A DNA stretch of 64,000 nucleotides from positions 22,568,001-22,632,000 of the forward strand of contig CM022665.1 of NCBI GenBank assembly GCA_012295275.1, written 5' to 3'. The stretch is from Chrysomallon squamiferum (taxonomy: Eukaryota; Animalia; Mollusca). Positions 38,127-52,707 of this stretch are shown here, in pieces (the first letter of the stretch is position 1; each line of letters begins with the position of its first letter). The notes beneath the pieces were generated by a model that did not search any database, was not told where the DNA came from, and worked only from the letters and a program-made list of their open reading frames with translations. Position numbers and translations under genes: made by a program.

Positions 38127-39762
38127 TAGTGGTGATTTTAGTGGCCCAAACGTGGTTTATTTCGGTTTTCCTTCAAGTGTTTAATAATGAATGTTCGAAC
38201 AATAACGAACTAATATCGAAAGAATCCACGCAAGAACAGTGCTATTAATTGATGTATTTTAACTTCATTAAGTGTAAACAACTATTATCGAATTTTTATT
38301 TCAGAAATACCATTTTATCAAGTAAGTAAACCAGTAAGTGGTACAATCAGATATAAAACTTGAATAAAAACAAAACAACAAAAAAACACAATAAAAAAAA
38401 AAAAAAAAAAAAAATGTTTATTGGAAACTGTATAATTTGTTTTTATAGTACTTTGTTTTCATCTCAGTTTATTTTGTTATAATCATTGTTCCAATTTAAT
38501 GATAATGACAATGATAATAATAATAATAAATCATTATGGTTATATATAATGTTTAAAATAAATAAATCATTAAACGTTTAATGTAATATTTTATAAGGTA
38601 GAAAAACTTAACTTTCATTCTGGATTTTAAATATTTCATTCCTGAACATCTAATATAATTATGTTTGATCCATAGTTAGTTGTGTTTCTGGTAACAAAAC
38701 CATAATATTAATTATATCTTAAATGTGAGTTAAAATTCTTTTATATTCGTTGTTTATCCTATATACTTCCAGTTTGCCTTTTGTATTATTGGAATAATGA
38801 CCTTTTATGTTTAAGTCTCTGATCAGAAATAGTTTTATTCACCTGAGCAATTTTTAGATACTTAAAAAAAAAAAAAAAAAATAATAATAAAAATAAAAAA
38901 AAAGGTTCAATTCTGCAAGAGGTATATACCAAAACAAGTGGGATATCTTCATTGTGGTGAATGCAGTTTTTAGTAATTATTGACCCTCAACCCTCCCCCA
39001 AAATACCCCAAAGACAAAAAACAACAACAAAAAACAAAAACAAACAATAAGAAGAAAATCCCCCCCACAAAAAAAAAAAAAAAATGAAGAAACTATTAAA
39101 TATTTAATATACCATTTTATTATTAAAATGATATTTTTATGAATTTAAACATGTAATTAGGTTAAATAAAAGTAATTTTCAGTGACTTTTATATTAAAGG
39201 TATTCAGTATTTTAATATTTGTTGTTATATTTATAGAAGAAACATGACTTAGTACTTACTTGTTATACTTTTTTTTTTTTTTAATGTACTTTAATGTTAT
39301 CCCATTTAAGATTTTAGACAGAGAAGTAGTAACTGAAAGTAAATATTTGACATTTAAATATTACCTTTCTTTCATTGGCACTAGATGTTTAGATAATATT
39401 TCAGCATGTAGAGGTTACCAAGGCATAAAAATGTCTAATTAAAAATTAGTTTTAACAGATGTAACAAATACTCTAGTATTTACCACACATCCTTCTGTCA
39501 AGAATGGAAATACACCATTGCATAACAAAGAACCCCAAGTACTGAAATTTATAGTCATGGATCCTAAATCAGAATATTAAGAACTTACTGGGTTTATTTG
39601 CATTTTTGGTCAGTTGCTTATGTTTTAAACAGCCATTTTGCTTCATTTAATCACACAAATTTGACTGTTAATATATGTGTATCTGTGATAGTTTGAGTTA
39701 CTGGATGTTATTATCTATTTCATAATGTCAGAATTTGACTAAAGTTTAATTAGTTGTTAGAG

Positions 39763-40089
39763 CAATGGTTTCCATGCTTTTCACCTCCAAGGACCACATT
39801 TATTTAAATTAATTTTTCCATGGACCCCATACTTTTGAAAGGTTTGTCTGTTCAATAAACACATTTTATTAACTAACAACAGACCTGTTTTGGCAGTTTC
39901 AACTCTCAGTGGAAAGATATACATACAGCATAATATGCAATTAAAGCTGTATGGAATTTTGAAGGTTTATCTTTATAAGCCTTATTTAAGTTATTATGAG
40001 TAATTAAACATTTTACAATGCAGCCTCATGCAATTTTGAAATAGCTCTGGACCTGCAGGAATCTGCAGATCTCAGGCTGGAAACAGTTG
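39763..40089. mobile_element. Old hAT-type MITE
   Basis: Degenerate TIRs CAATGGTTTCCA ... TGGAAACAGTTG with a near-perfect 8-bp TSD (TGTTAGAG / TGTTGGAG). Confidence 0.6.
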
Positions 40090-40198
40090 TGTTGGAGTAC
40101 TGGCCTAAGGCATGATTAAAATGGCTATTTTCCTCTTTCTAAAAAGAGGGACTTTTTAAAAAAATGTATGATTTAAATTAAAGACATTATCAGTTTTT

Positions 40199-40321
40199 AT
40201 TTTAATTATTTTACTAGTACACAGTATGTAAGTAGTGTTTCCTATTTGGTAAAAAAGTATAATACTGCTGTTAATAGTCACAAATATATAATAGACTGCA
40301 AATATAATCTGCTGACATAAA
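40199..40321. repeat. Diverged direct repeat, copy 2
   Basis: Same ordered blocks as 36013-36157. Confidence 0.85.
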
Positions 40322-42672
40322 TTAGGCACAAGTTGTTATATAAAAAAATGGTATAAAATATTCAAAACACATGTAGAAGTGTTGCTTTGTTAAATATCAC
40401 TGTATAAAGGTCTATTCTGTTTTTTTCTAAAATTATTTGAAGTGGTATACATCAGCTGGGATACAAATGACAGAATAACCACTGAGAACTTTGGTAATAG
40501 CGACAATCTTGTCATGTAACTTTGTAAGGTAAATTATGTAATTCTTTTTATGCCCCAGAAAGAAGAAGAAATTAATATCCTGCTTGAGATGGTGCATGCC
40601 AAAGTGTTCAAAAGGGACTATCCTGTAAAAAGCATAACATCTGGAATGATGTGGAATCAATCCTTCATGATATGCTTAGTGAGATACTTTCTGTTCCAGC
40701 CAGCATTAATTATATGAAAGGCCATATTTACTTACATTTCTACAGCATATTGATTGTTTTTTGCCAAATCTTAAAATACAGTCTTTAATTAAAGCATTTC
40801 TATAGTGCTCCTAACAATTTACCAACATGTTTTGTGTACTTCCAAGTGACTGTTTTATTTGTATTTGATATCAGCCTATGTTAAGTGTAAAATACTGTAA
40901 CTAAATAATATTATGGAAAGCAATTTTTCTCTGTTTCATAGATTCTGAGGAACTCTGGAAAATTCATATCTAAATCATTGACAAAGTTGCTTTATTATTG
41001 TTATAACACCTGTAACATGAAAGAAAGAAAAAAATGGTTGCTTCCATGAATTGCAGCATACTTGTTATATTAGCGATTATTTAATTATTATCAAAGAATG
41101 GACTTATGAACAGATTAATCACTAGTATGTGTGCCAAAAATATAGTTAAGTTATAAACAATATTATATATTCACCACTACAGTATGCTTTCAGGTACAGT
41201 GTACTTGGAGTTCCACTGCTGTTCATACAGTCCCAACAATCATCATAATATGTAACCATTTTTATTTGTCAGTATATGCATTTTATTGTTTAAAAATTAA
41301 TATTATAACAAACAACTCAAATCACTAAAATGTAGGGATATATATATATATTTATTTTGAATTATTATTATCACAGTCATCCTTAAGCACTTAAGTCATT
41401 CAGTCAAATTTATTAATGTGGCAACAAACCTAAGTGACATACATGGCTAGATGTTACAAATGCAGTACACAACATTATAAAATGATATCCAGTTAGATAT
41501 AATAAAAATACAAAGCTAAATGAAATTAAAAAAACAAAACAAACACAAGTTATTTTTTTTAACATTTTCTAATACAACATTTTTATACATGCATATATAT
41601 ATTTATATAAAGTTATTAATTTTATAATAAGAAAATTGATGTAATAATGAAGTTTATTTTGTTCTGATTATGATAGTCATACCATACACTGATTATACAG
41701 GAGGTAGAAACATAAATTACATGTAAAAAAAAAAAAGAGAAGAAAATGGAAAAAAAACCAAAAAAAAAGATTCCATTACAATAATCATTTCAACAAAGGA
41801 AAGAAAAGCAATCCACTAAATATGTTTGTATCTATTGTTTTATGAAGTACAATACATTACAGATGTGCTGCCTTCATAATTTATCACAGGTAGGGTTTTA
41901 AGATCTCATTCAACAATGACTACTCACAAACTGATATATATTTTCAAAAACATCTAGGTTAAAAACCAATACAAAGAGCACCCATAAATATTGTCCAAAT
42001 AAAAGTAATAATAAAAAAAAAAAAAATATTAAAAAAAAAAAAAAATTTGTCTATATTATTACATTTTATTTTACCTCTTAATATAAGAATATAAAATTAC
42101 AAATATTTGTAATTATTAAAATATACTTCATTGAAGTATATAATAATAAATGAAATAAATCTAAAACATTTAAAATAAAATATGTTAAGAAGTAATATTT
42201 TAGTCAAAACATAAACAATATTAATTGTTTATAAATGTTAAAAATAAATGGATGTTTAAAAAGAAATTTATCTAAAGTTTGCATTTTCCTAAAAATAGAG
42301 CTGAAGCTGTTTTTCTACTCCTGCAGTAACCATATAATATTATCCATCGTCAAACATTTGTTATTCATATCAACCTGACATCCTGTGATATACACACCTG
42401 TATCTCACAACTCGTATTATTAACAACAACAAAAATACTCAGCTGAAAATTATACATAGGTTAAAGCTTCTTTATGGATAATTTTGAAGAGAAATGTTTT
42501 TTAACAAAAAAAAAACCATCCATCATTTCTTTTGCAGGAATGTCCTTGCAAATTTCAAATAAACTAGACTATTAACATGAAAATTATTTTATTACATCAC
42601 AGTTCCCTTGCTTGGTCTTAGAAAAATGTTTTGCTTTCTGTTTTTTTTTTTAACAAATTTTTTTTTACTGGA

Positions 42673-42889
42673 TTACACAGGGGGTGGTCCATCCATATAT
42701 TGCAACATTGGCGACAATGAATGTTTTAAATTATTCACCAATACACAGCTATAGTCATCATCGCATACTGGTACAAGACATGCAAATCCTAACAACAATA
42801 ACAAAAGAAGCTGTACTGGAAGTGCAGCTCTGAGCACTCGGGCAAACAATGGCCGACGTCTCCTTCGAATATTAGGTCCTGGAGTTAAG
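42673..42889 (-). CDS. KASH-domain terminal exon of the nesprin
   Basis: RVLRAALPVQLLLLLLLGFACLVPVCDDDYSCVLVNNLKHSLSPMLQYMDGPPPV* gives a TM helix plus luminal peptide ending in PPPX. Confidence 0.96.
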
Positions 42890-45800
42890 CTAAAATGAAA
42901 AAAATATAATACCATTTAGCAAATGTTTATCATTTTTGAAACAGTAAATTCTTAAAACAAATTATGATGTTGCTGTTTAAAGTTATAAAAAAGCATTATA
43001 AAATCTTCTAAAATAAATAACTGACTGATACACAAATTGTAGATGATTTTGACTGAAAGGTAATAAAAAAAAAAAAAATGATATTGATGATTAGAAATAT
43101 GATGAATGATAAGAGTTGATGATATATTTAAATTTTTATTTTTAAAAAATATTTAGAAACAACAAACATCTAAGTATAAAAAAATTGTTTAGAAGACAAG
43201 GTTGAAACCCAAATCACCATTAAAAAACTGCTATGCTTGAGAATTAAAAAAAAAAAACCCACATTAATAAAGATATAATTTATTCTTCACAAATTTAAAT
43301 AAAATATTATTTTATGATTTAGGTAGAAAACTAGTTTTATATTCACACAATACCATGCACATGCAGTTGTTAACTATCACCAGTATATGTATGAACTAAA
43401 CAAGGTTAAAGAAAATGTCAATAAGGGATTATCATATGATTATGTGTATAAAATATGAAGTGAAATATAATGCTTTGTTTCAATGAAATTATGTTTAACG
43501 GTTATGAAATTAAAAAAAAAAAAAATGTATGTTTGTGCATATATATATATTAATGGAAAAGATGTGAAAAAATGGTTTATTTACATTTCTTATCTGTTTT
43601 TTCTTTAAATAATATTTTCTTTTAGTTAACTTATAGTGCTCCAGTAACAATTATACATATAAATGCATTATTTCAAATCCATGAGTGAAGACAAAAAAAA
43701 AAAAAAAAAAACCAATAACTGTATTTGATAAATTTGATGGTTTTTTTTTTATTGAGATATGAATGTTCAGAAATGAAAAAGGCCGAATCCATGAATAATG
43801 TATCAAATTATATGATTCCTTTTAAAAAACTTCTAATTAAATTCTTGCTGCATTTGCTATTATTGCTACTATTATTACCATATAGCTATTATTATTACTA
43901 CTACTACTGTTGTTGATATTGAAAAGTTAATTTCATCATTAGTATATCAGAATGCACTGCACTATATAAATTCTATATACGAAAGCAGATTACAAGAAAT
44001 AGCATGTAACATGCTCTATGTTCACCCACATCATACTACACAGTCATATTTCATTTATTTTAATTTGTAGCATGCAGCAATAACAAAATATAGAAAACAT
44101 AACAAATCCATTTAACAATTGGCTCCATTCAAGCATAAAACATCAGCAGAAACATGTATAGCTTTCTCTTTTCAGATAGTGAACATGTGTTGCTTATCAC
44201 CATCTACTCATTGTCATTTAACAACAGTTAAATATTAATCTATATATTTTTATTTAGTTGTAAAAAATCTAATAGAATTTCAGCTTCGTTTTTAAAATGT
44301 ATTTGTAGGCTTGGTACAAACAAATTATCTGATTACATCAAATTATAGATATGTGTTTAATCAATAATGAACACTAACCTATGTTAATAATCAAGTATAA
44401 TACATATGTGAGAATACTTCATGGTTGGTATTTTCCTTTGTTTCTGATGTCATTTTAATGTAAAAAAAAATCATTGATAAATTATTCAGTCTCTTTGGTT
44501 ATTTTTATATTTATTTTGTATGTACAATGACATTGTATTTTATTATTACACTTTGGTACTGGGAACAGTTTTTGTTTAAATCATCAATTTAGAAGTTTAA
44601 CTATTTGTTCCATTGTATTTAAGAAATGTATATGCAGTTTCATTTCTGTTTCAAGAAAATATACAAAATGAAAATTTAAAAGCTTGTACCAAATATGGTG
44701 ATTATCTATATGAACCTATCACTTATGAGATTGCATTTATTATATCCTTAGTCAAACAAATTATCTCTCAAACTAATTAACATTTATTTAATTTGTGTCT
44801 GAAATAAATTTAATTTGGGTTATACATTCCTGAGTTCAAATTTTATTAAAATTCTGACCACTGTCACATTAAAATTGGCTTTAAATTTGTTCTTTTATTT
44901 AGTGTAATAAATAAATGAAAATAAATAAATAATAAAATTTATAAATGTATATTTGAACTTGATACATGATTTTATACTTAATGTGAATCTTTTGTCCTAG
45001 TAAATTATTTAAATGTGCAGAAAATAAAAAAAAGCACCACATACAGTGCATTCCCACATCATATTAAATTTAAAAGCAGCATGCATCATTAAACAGTGAG
45101 TAATGATAAATAAATAATTATAATATATTTTTTAAAATGAAAAGATTTTGCTGATGAAGAAAAATATATAAATAATAATAATTAAAAAAACACCTAAAAA
45201 CCCCCAGAAAAACTAAATAAACAATTAAAAATAAAATGAAAACAAAAACAATGACAAAAATGTGATAATAATAATAGATGAAAATGAAGAAAAAAAAAAA
45301 AACTGATACATAAATTAACAAAACTCAGTTACATAATCACTTCTAAATAATCTGCTAGTGCAATATGCTTGTACACATGTGAACCAGATTAAATACTCTA
45401 TGAAATGAAGATATGAAAATGAATGAAAAACGTGAATACCAAGCTTTATAATGAGCTAAAGTTAAACATTTACCAGACATGTAGGTTACTAGTTTCCATG
45501 GTTACAGGATAATATGCATTTTAGTAAATATAAGTGCAAATGTTGTTTTCTCAATTCTGGGAAAATAGGTATTACATAGATGATTACATATATGTATATA
45601 CATATAATTTATTATTCAACAACAGATAGATACTTACATATTGTTGACCAACCGTCTGAGGCAGTCAACCAAAATATTTAATGATATATTTTTATAATGT
45701 CAAAGAATTATAATAATAATAGCATATTTATGACAGTTCATAAAAGTCTTAGTATTATAATCCTGAAATACGGTTAATATTAATAAGAGGTATGATTTTA

Positions 45801-48800
45801 TTATTTAGTTTAATGATATTCATAGATGAAATATTACTGCTGTACTAATGCTTCTGGTTTTATGCTTTCATTAGTATTGGTATTTGGTTTTATGACATAA
45901 TTGTTTCATTAAAATAATAATGATAATTAAAATAATGAAAGAAACAAACAAATAAATTAATAAATAAACAAATGATTAAAACAAAAAAAAATTTAATAAA
46001 TAAAAACATAAAAATAAACATAAAAATAAATTAAAAAATAAGTAAATAAATAAAACTAACAATAATTTTTTAAAAAAGGTTATTTACTATATTATTTACT
46101 GTTATTAACAGTTGACGAGCTGTGTTAAAATTAGTTATCTGGGATTTGTATACTTTGATATTTATTTTAAAGTCTGGTGTAAGCACTAATATCCAACACC
46201 CATGCAGTCTCATAACCGTTTTTCTATTTCCATCACATACTATTCTGTGGTGTATTTTAGATGCAAGTAGTAATTGATGAGTGTGCATTCATGCATATAC
46301 AACTCCATCTCTGTGCTCTCCACCAGAGCACGCTGAGTAAACTACATTACCACAATACACAGAAGCTTCTAGAAAGAAAGCATAAAATAAGGTGGAATAT
46401 TAAAGTAAATAAAATCCAAGCCATGAGTCAAATCCACCATGCTGGGCAGGCAAACATAACCCATACAGCCTGGGTGATAAAAGGACACCCCATCCATGCC
46501 TGACCCACCATGACGGTGGCAAGCATGTGAAAGGGGTGGGGAAGTAATTACTTTGCACTCTCCGGTATGGTGGCCTGCAGCAAGGGTCTGGCCTCTCCAA
46601 ATACAAGCTGCAGAAATCAAAGCAACAAAACTCAATATTATATGTGTTTTGGTGTTTCTTTACGTTTAGATGGAAATAAACAAGGGTTTATTTTTTGGAG
46701 ATTACTTAATTCATTGATCATAAAGGTGTTTTAAAAATCACAGTCAAACTTTTTGAAATTTATCTTCAATAGTAAGAAGGTGTTTTTTTACAATGTGTCT
46801 GATGTTATCTGGAATCAGTTTTGTAAAAAAAACAAAAACCAAACATACTATTGGAAAAATAAAAGTTAATCATATTGGTAAAAAAAAAATTTAAACTTCA
46901 ATATTTTTAAGAGGATAATACAAATTTTACAAAATCACTTGGCATCAGCAGATTTTATTAAAATCTGATAACTTCAATTACAGTGTGATTTTACTGTTTT
47001 CTAAAACAAAATAAAAAATAAAAAAACAAAAAGAAAGACGAAAGACCGATTTACAAATTCTGACAAAGATTTGAATCTTTTACAGTATTTTGCTAATAAA
47101 TTGGAAAATTAGAAATAGAACAATTTATTGTTTTTTTTATTCATAAACATTTAAGATTATATTTTGCAAATGTAATTTCTGAAATCAATGTGAATTGTCA
47201 GTAACAAAAAAGTACCTGTCGTGTTACAGCAAATGGTGATCTGTTTCTGGTTCGCAGTGAAGATCCTGGGCGGAAGAGTGCAGATCTTGGTGAACTGGAG
47301 CGAGACATGCGTGCCACGCCCACTGCAGGCATTAGATCTGTCCTGTCTAGTGATATAGGCTGAAAATACAGTACTGAATTTTTTTTATCTTTCTTAAAAT
47401 TAGTTTTAGTAATTTTTAAAAATCCAACAACCCTCCTCCCAAAACCACCCAAGAAACATAAAAAAACAACAACATGGCAATAAAATAAAATAAAAACCCC
47501 AAAACCATAACATAATTTAGTAATAACACAGAAACTATGAAGTATTAGTCTGTTTTTACTAATAAATCAGAAAATTAGAAATAATGATACCAATTCAGAA
47601 AATATGAAATGAAATGTATGAAATCATAAAACATAGCAGTAATATCGAAACTATGAAATCATACTGAATTCAGTAATAAAAAAGAAATTATGAAATAATA
47701 ATATAATATTAGAATAGAAGCAGTGGATGTGTTCATGTACAGTAAAAGCAAATTAACAAAGAAGCTATGAAATACTAATAAAAGGTATGAATAAAAAAGA
47801 TAAATTTCACTCACTGCACTTCTTCTTCCAGTTACATCTAATCTGTCTTCAAGAATAGTGATGTATGATGAACAGAGACGTAACAAAGTTCTCTGTCTGT
47901 TGGCTATCAGATGAATTTTGTCTTTAGAATTAACCATTTCCTGAGAGTCAGAGTTCTTCAGTAGCTGGTCTATTGTATCCTTCAGGGCCAAAACCTTAGG
48001 CTGGTTTCTCTCCAGATCTCCCCTCATGTCCTGTAAGAAATATTTATACACTATGTAATCAAATACTTAAGGATAAGTCTTAATTTGTGTGTCCCTGTTC
48101 TGTGTTTTTTTTTTTATTTAATGGATCTCATTTTATCTTAAAGCTGTTACAGTTAAACATCACAATAAAGATATTCCTGGATCTACAAAAAATAATTAAG
48201 TAACAAAACTGACACTTACAACAAGTTTGCTGTACTTTGTCCACAGAACAGAATCTTCAGAATTTAAGTTGATTGGTTCACATTGCTGTACTTGAGTCTC
48301 AATGTTCTCCAGCCACAACAGCAGATCATGAATTGTGTGATGGAACTCCTGGCTCCTTAACAAAGCTCCTTGAAGCTCCTTATGGACTTCAGATGCTCGA
48401 AGAGTGATGGCTTCCCATCTTTGATTCATCTGTCTCAGTTTCCCATCAAGTTCTCTGCCTTCTGCAGTTTGTGTGTTGATGTAGTTTTTACTAATGAGAT
48501 TGATAGAGAGAACTCTTGTTTTCTTTGATTCAAGCTGCACCAAAAAGTCCTGAATATCAAAAAAATATAACATTAATAAGGTACTTAAAATCTTAAATTA
48601 TAAATTTCTAAACATAGCCTACCATACACTAACTGTTACCTTGTACTGTCTAATGATTGCATCCAGCTGACTGATGTCTCCAAACATGGATTCCTGTCTT
48701 GACTGCAGAGCCTCAGCTTCATCCAGCCATAGCAACATGTTGTCAAGATCTGTCTTAAACTGAGCAAAATCATGTCGCTCTTGGCTCAAGTGCTGTTCCT

Positions 48801-51800
48801 GGGCTTGCACTCTGGTTTTCAGTGTTTCCCATCTTCTCATTATAGCTTAAACATGATTGAAAAAAAAAAAACCCTTAAACCATTTCTCTTTATATGGCTT
48901 AAATAATTACCAGTAGAAATGACAAAATAATTAGAACTGATTTACAGTACAAATAATTATACAACTTTTGACTTTTAACAGATTAATTTACTTTTATATT
49001 TTGTTATATTAACATGTGTCAGTTGAACATATTATACTGTATATTCTGTAATGAAATGATCAAAATAAATAAATTAAATTTAAAAAAAAGAAGAAAGTTT
49101 TTTAAAAACATTATTTATTACATTTTAATTTACTTTCAAAATTAATTTATTTTAGCAAACTGTTGTAGTTCATTTTATAATTAATACAGATTATTAACCC
49201 TTAAAATAAAAAATAGTAATTTTTTTGTGAAAAAGTGAAATTAATATCCAATCTGCTAGAAATAAGTTTTGACTGAGATGATGAAATACTTACTTCTAAG
49301 CTGGATATCTGCACTTGCTATGGTGGTCATTCCAGTTTCTATTTTAAGTAATCTATCTATTCTTTGCATTGTCTCTATAGCAATTTCACACTGGGTCATT
49401 TTATGCTGCTGAATAGTACAAAATAAAATTAAACTTGTTGTATTTATTCATATCAAGGTCTTAAATTATAAATAAGTCTAACAAATAAATAAACAAATAA
49501 ATATACAAATAAAATAAATTTACCAATCATATATCAAAAAAATATATAATTATTATTGACACAAAATACCTTAATCAGCTTAGGAACATTTTATTTTTTA
49601 GTAATATTAAGAAAACATTTTTAAATGTTTTAATCCTTTTTCTTCTTTTTCTTTAAAAAACAAAAACCAACAAAACATTAATGATAGATTCAAAACAATA
49701 TCCAGAGAGAAAAAAAAAAAAAAAAAATTTATTTATTTTTTTGCTCTTTATTTAATTCCCTGCAACAAGTATTAAGTTGTTTAAGCTCTTTATCACTGAA
49801 GTGCATATCACCATCTATCAAGATGATTTGCACAATGGTAGATGTAGATGATACAGAAACTTCTTACTGGACCAATGAAAATGTGATACTAGATACAGTT
49901 ATAAGTCAGTGTATTGTAACAGTCACTGTAGGCACAAATGAAGTCAAAATCATTAAAGGTACTTTTAAGTCAATAGGTAAGAACTCAAAGTTTTTACCAA
50001 AGAAGTATTAAAAAGTTGATAACACTTACCAGACTGTCAGCTAACTGTCTTCCTTCTCGTACAGGGGAATGGTTGTCCAGTAACCTTTCTGTAGCAGTGA
50101 GCTTTGCTGCTGCATCTTCCATAGCATCAACGAGTTTCTCCATCAGCTCTTCAACCCTTGCTGTTTTACCCTTCTGAAACACATCTCTCTGCATCTGTGC
50201 TTTTCTCTCATCTCGTAAAAGCATTCCTAGATATTAAATAATAATAACAATTCTTTAAAACAAATTGAAAATAATATGAGGAAGTGTGACAGAATAACTG
50301 AGTATCTAGAATAATTTTAACAGAAAGATATTTAATGACAGTCAGAAAAGAAGAAAATAAAGATGAGAGAATAATAGTAGTAACTGTAGTAGTAGATTCG
50401 TAATAACTCTAACAATAATATTTGGAGTGATTATAAAAGGGTAATACTAGGAATATTAAAGGTTTTAGTAACATAAGTAAAAACATGTGAATTAAAAAAC
50501 AAACAGACCGGAATCAGTAAATTCTCGCACTCGACGTGAAGGTGATCGAGGTCGTGGTACAGTATATCCTTCTGCTCTGCGTTTGTGTGGGGGACTTTCT
50601 GGTGGTGATGCCTCCAAATATGCCTCAAGTTCAGCTGAATCCCATTCCAGTGAGGCAGTTGTTCGAGCCTCTCGAAGTTCTCGAAGTTTTACATCAGTTT
50701 CTGTCATGGAAGATCCCTAACAAAAGAGGACAAAAATATTTAGAATATATCTTTAAAGCTGACTGTGTGCTGATACTTAGACTTAAATTCTTTATGATTT
50801 TGACAGGTTTATAAATACCAGGTTTTTAATGAGAATCTCTTATTTTATATTGTAAGATTATGTGATATTTACCCAAAACAAAAATCAAATAAAACCAAAA
50901 TGTTTCATATTATTCTAAAAATGAATAGACATATTTAGTTATTAAATTACTTGAAAGACTGAGAATGAAAAACCTGCTTTTGGTCTGTGGTTGGTAAATA
51001 TTAAATGAAAGCTTTCATAATTTAGTAAATTAAATTATATACAATATTCATTGCACTATATTTCACTATAAATATTTTAATTATATTAATAACCACTCTG
51101 ATTGTAAATAGTGTTTTAACACAAACAGTACTCAGACCATTGTTATAACTACCTGATCAGGTACATCAAGAATTCTTTCTTCAACTTTGGCAACATCTTC
51201 AGTCTGTTGTAGCTTGGCACACAGGAATGCTACCCTGTCTGTGACTTGTTTAGAAAACTGGCGCAGTTCATCAAGTTCTTGCTGAATCTGTAACACTTCA
51301 TCAGCATCAACTTTCTGCATCAGATAAACAGCAGCTTCATTCACATAGTCCATTTTGCTGCGCATTGTGTCAATTTCTTCTTGTATTCTCTGCATTAAAA
51401 AACATACATATCAGTGCATGAGTTCATATTGTAAAGTTCATTCAATGGCCTAAATATATTCTGCATTCTTCCAAGTTATAGTTTTACTTGTTTTTGGCAA
51501 CCAGTATGTTTACAATTTATCTCAAGTACAAAAGTCTACATTTACTAACAGTACAAGGTAAATTTAAAGCTGAAGACATTTATAACATTGCTCTTGAGAT
51601 TTTCTGTTAACAATATTTGTAAAACAATTTTATACCATTAGTTCTGCAAGACGAGTTGAGATGTCCATATGAGAAAGATGTTCAATGTTTGTTAACTGCG
51701 TATCAACCTCAGTGAACCAGTTAAACAGAAAAGCCCGTGTGTTGATGAAGTCCTGTCTGATGCTGGGAGAGTGTCTCAGACATTTCATGATGTTAGATGT

Positions 51801-52674
51801 TTGCTGCTGAAGATGGTCCCAGCGTTTGTTTACTTCTTGCATCATCAGTCTCATTCTGCCTGCAGTGTCTGTTCGACCTTCTTTAGCTAGCTGGCGATAT
51901 TGTCTGTTTATATTTTCCAGTTCATTTAGGTGGTCGTGAATGTTCCTTTGAAGACCCTACAGGAATAAATAAAATCAAAATGCATAATGTGGTAAGCACT
52001 GATTTGAAATAAGAAATACATTTTTCTTTATCTAGAACTGTTTATAGGCTTATTGGTAGAATATAATGTTACTGTACTTTTCATTTTATTAAGCAGTCAT
52101 TTGATTTGTGATCTCTTACATGATTTTAATTTTTTTTTTTTTTTTTTAAATGATAACTGTTTTATTTTTTACTTTTTTCTTTTATTTTAGTATTTTTTAT
52201 GGTACATAAGATGATACTTTGTTGCTGCAATTAGTTCTTAAAACAATCATTAAAAGTAATGCTACAAAATGTATAATAAATGGTGTGAATCATAACTATT
52301 TATAAACTAAATGTTCCAAGTACATTTTAAATAACAGGCTAATAATATTTCTGATAACACTAAATGATGATGTAAAACTACCTCATATTTCCTGATTTCT
52401 TCTTTTGTCATTTCCACAGAAATCTCTGTCACATCACAATCACTAATTTCAGTTTCCACGTCAACCAACCAATCAGAAAAGGTTTTGCAGTTTTCACGGA
52501 ATGTTTCCCACAGCATCCATGTTTCCTCAATCCTGCAATTCCAAATAATCATTTCAACAAAACTGAATGAGTTAAATTTCATTAATATCCCATAAAAACA
52601 GTAATGTCTGAGTTCAGAACAAAAGTACTGCAAACTTTTTAAAATATGACAGCAAAATAACAAGTACTATGATG

Positions 52675-52707
<33 letters not shown>

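Noticed and set aside
49750-49935. Possible extra nesprin exon between 50030 and 49408
   Set aside because: The flanking exons already join in phase, and there is no convincing acceptor-donor pair or spectrin-like translation.
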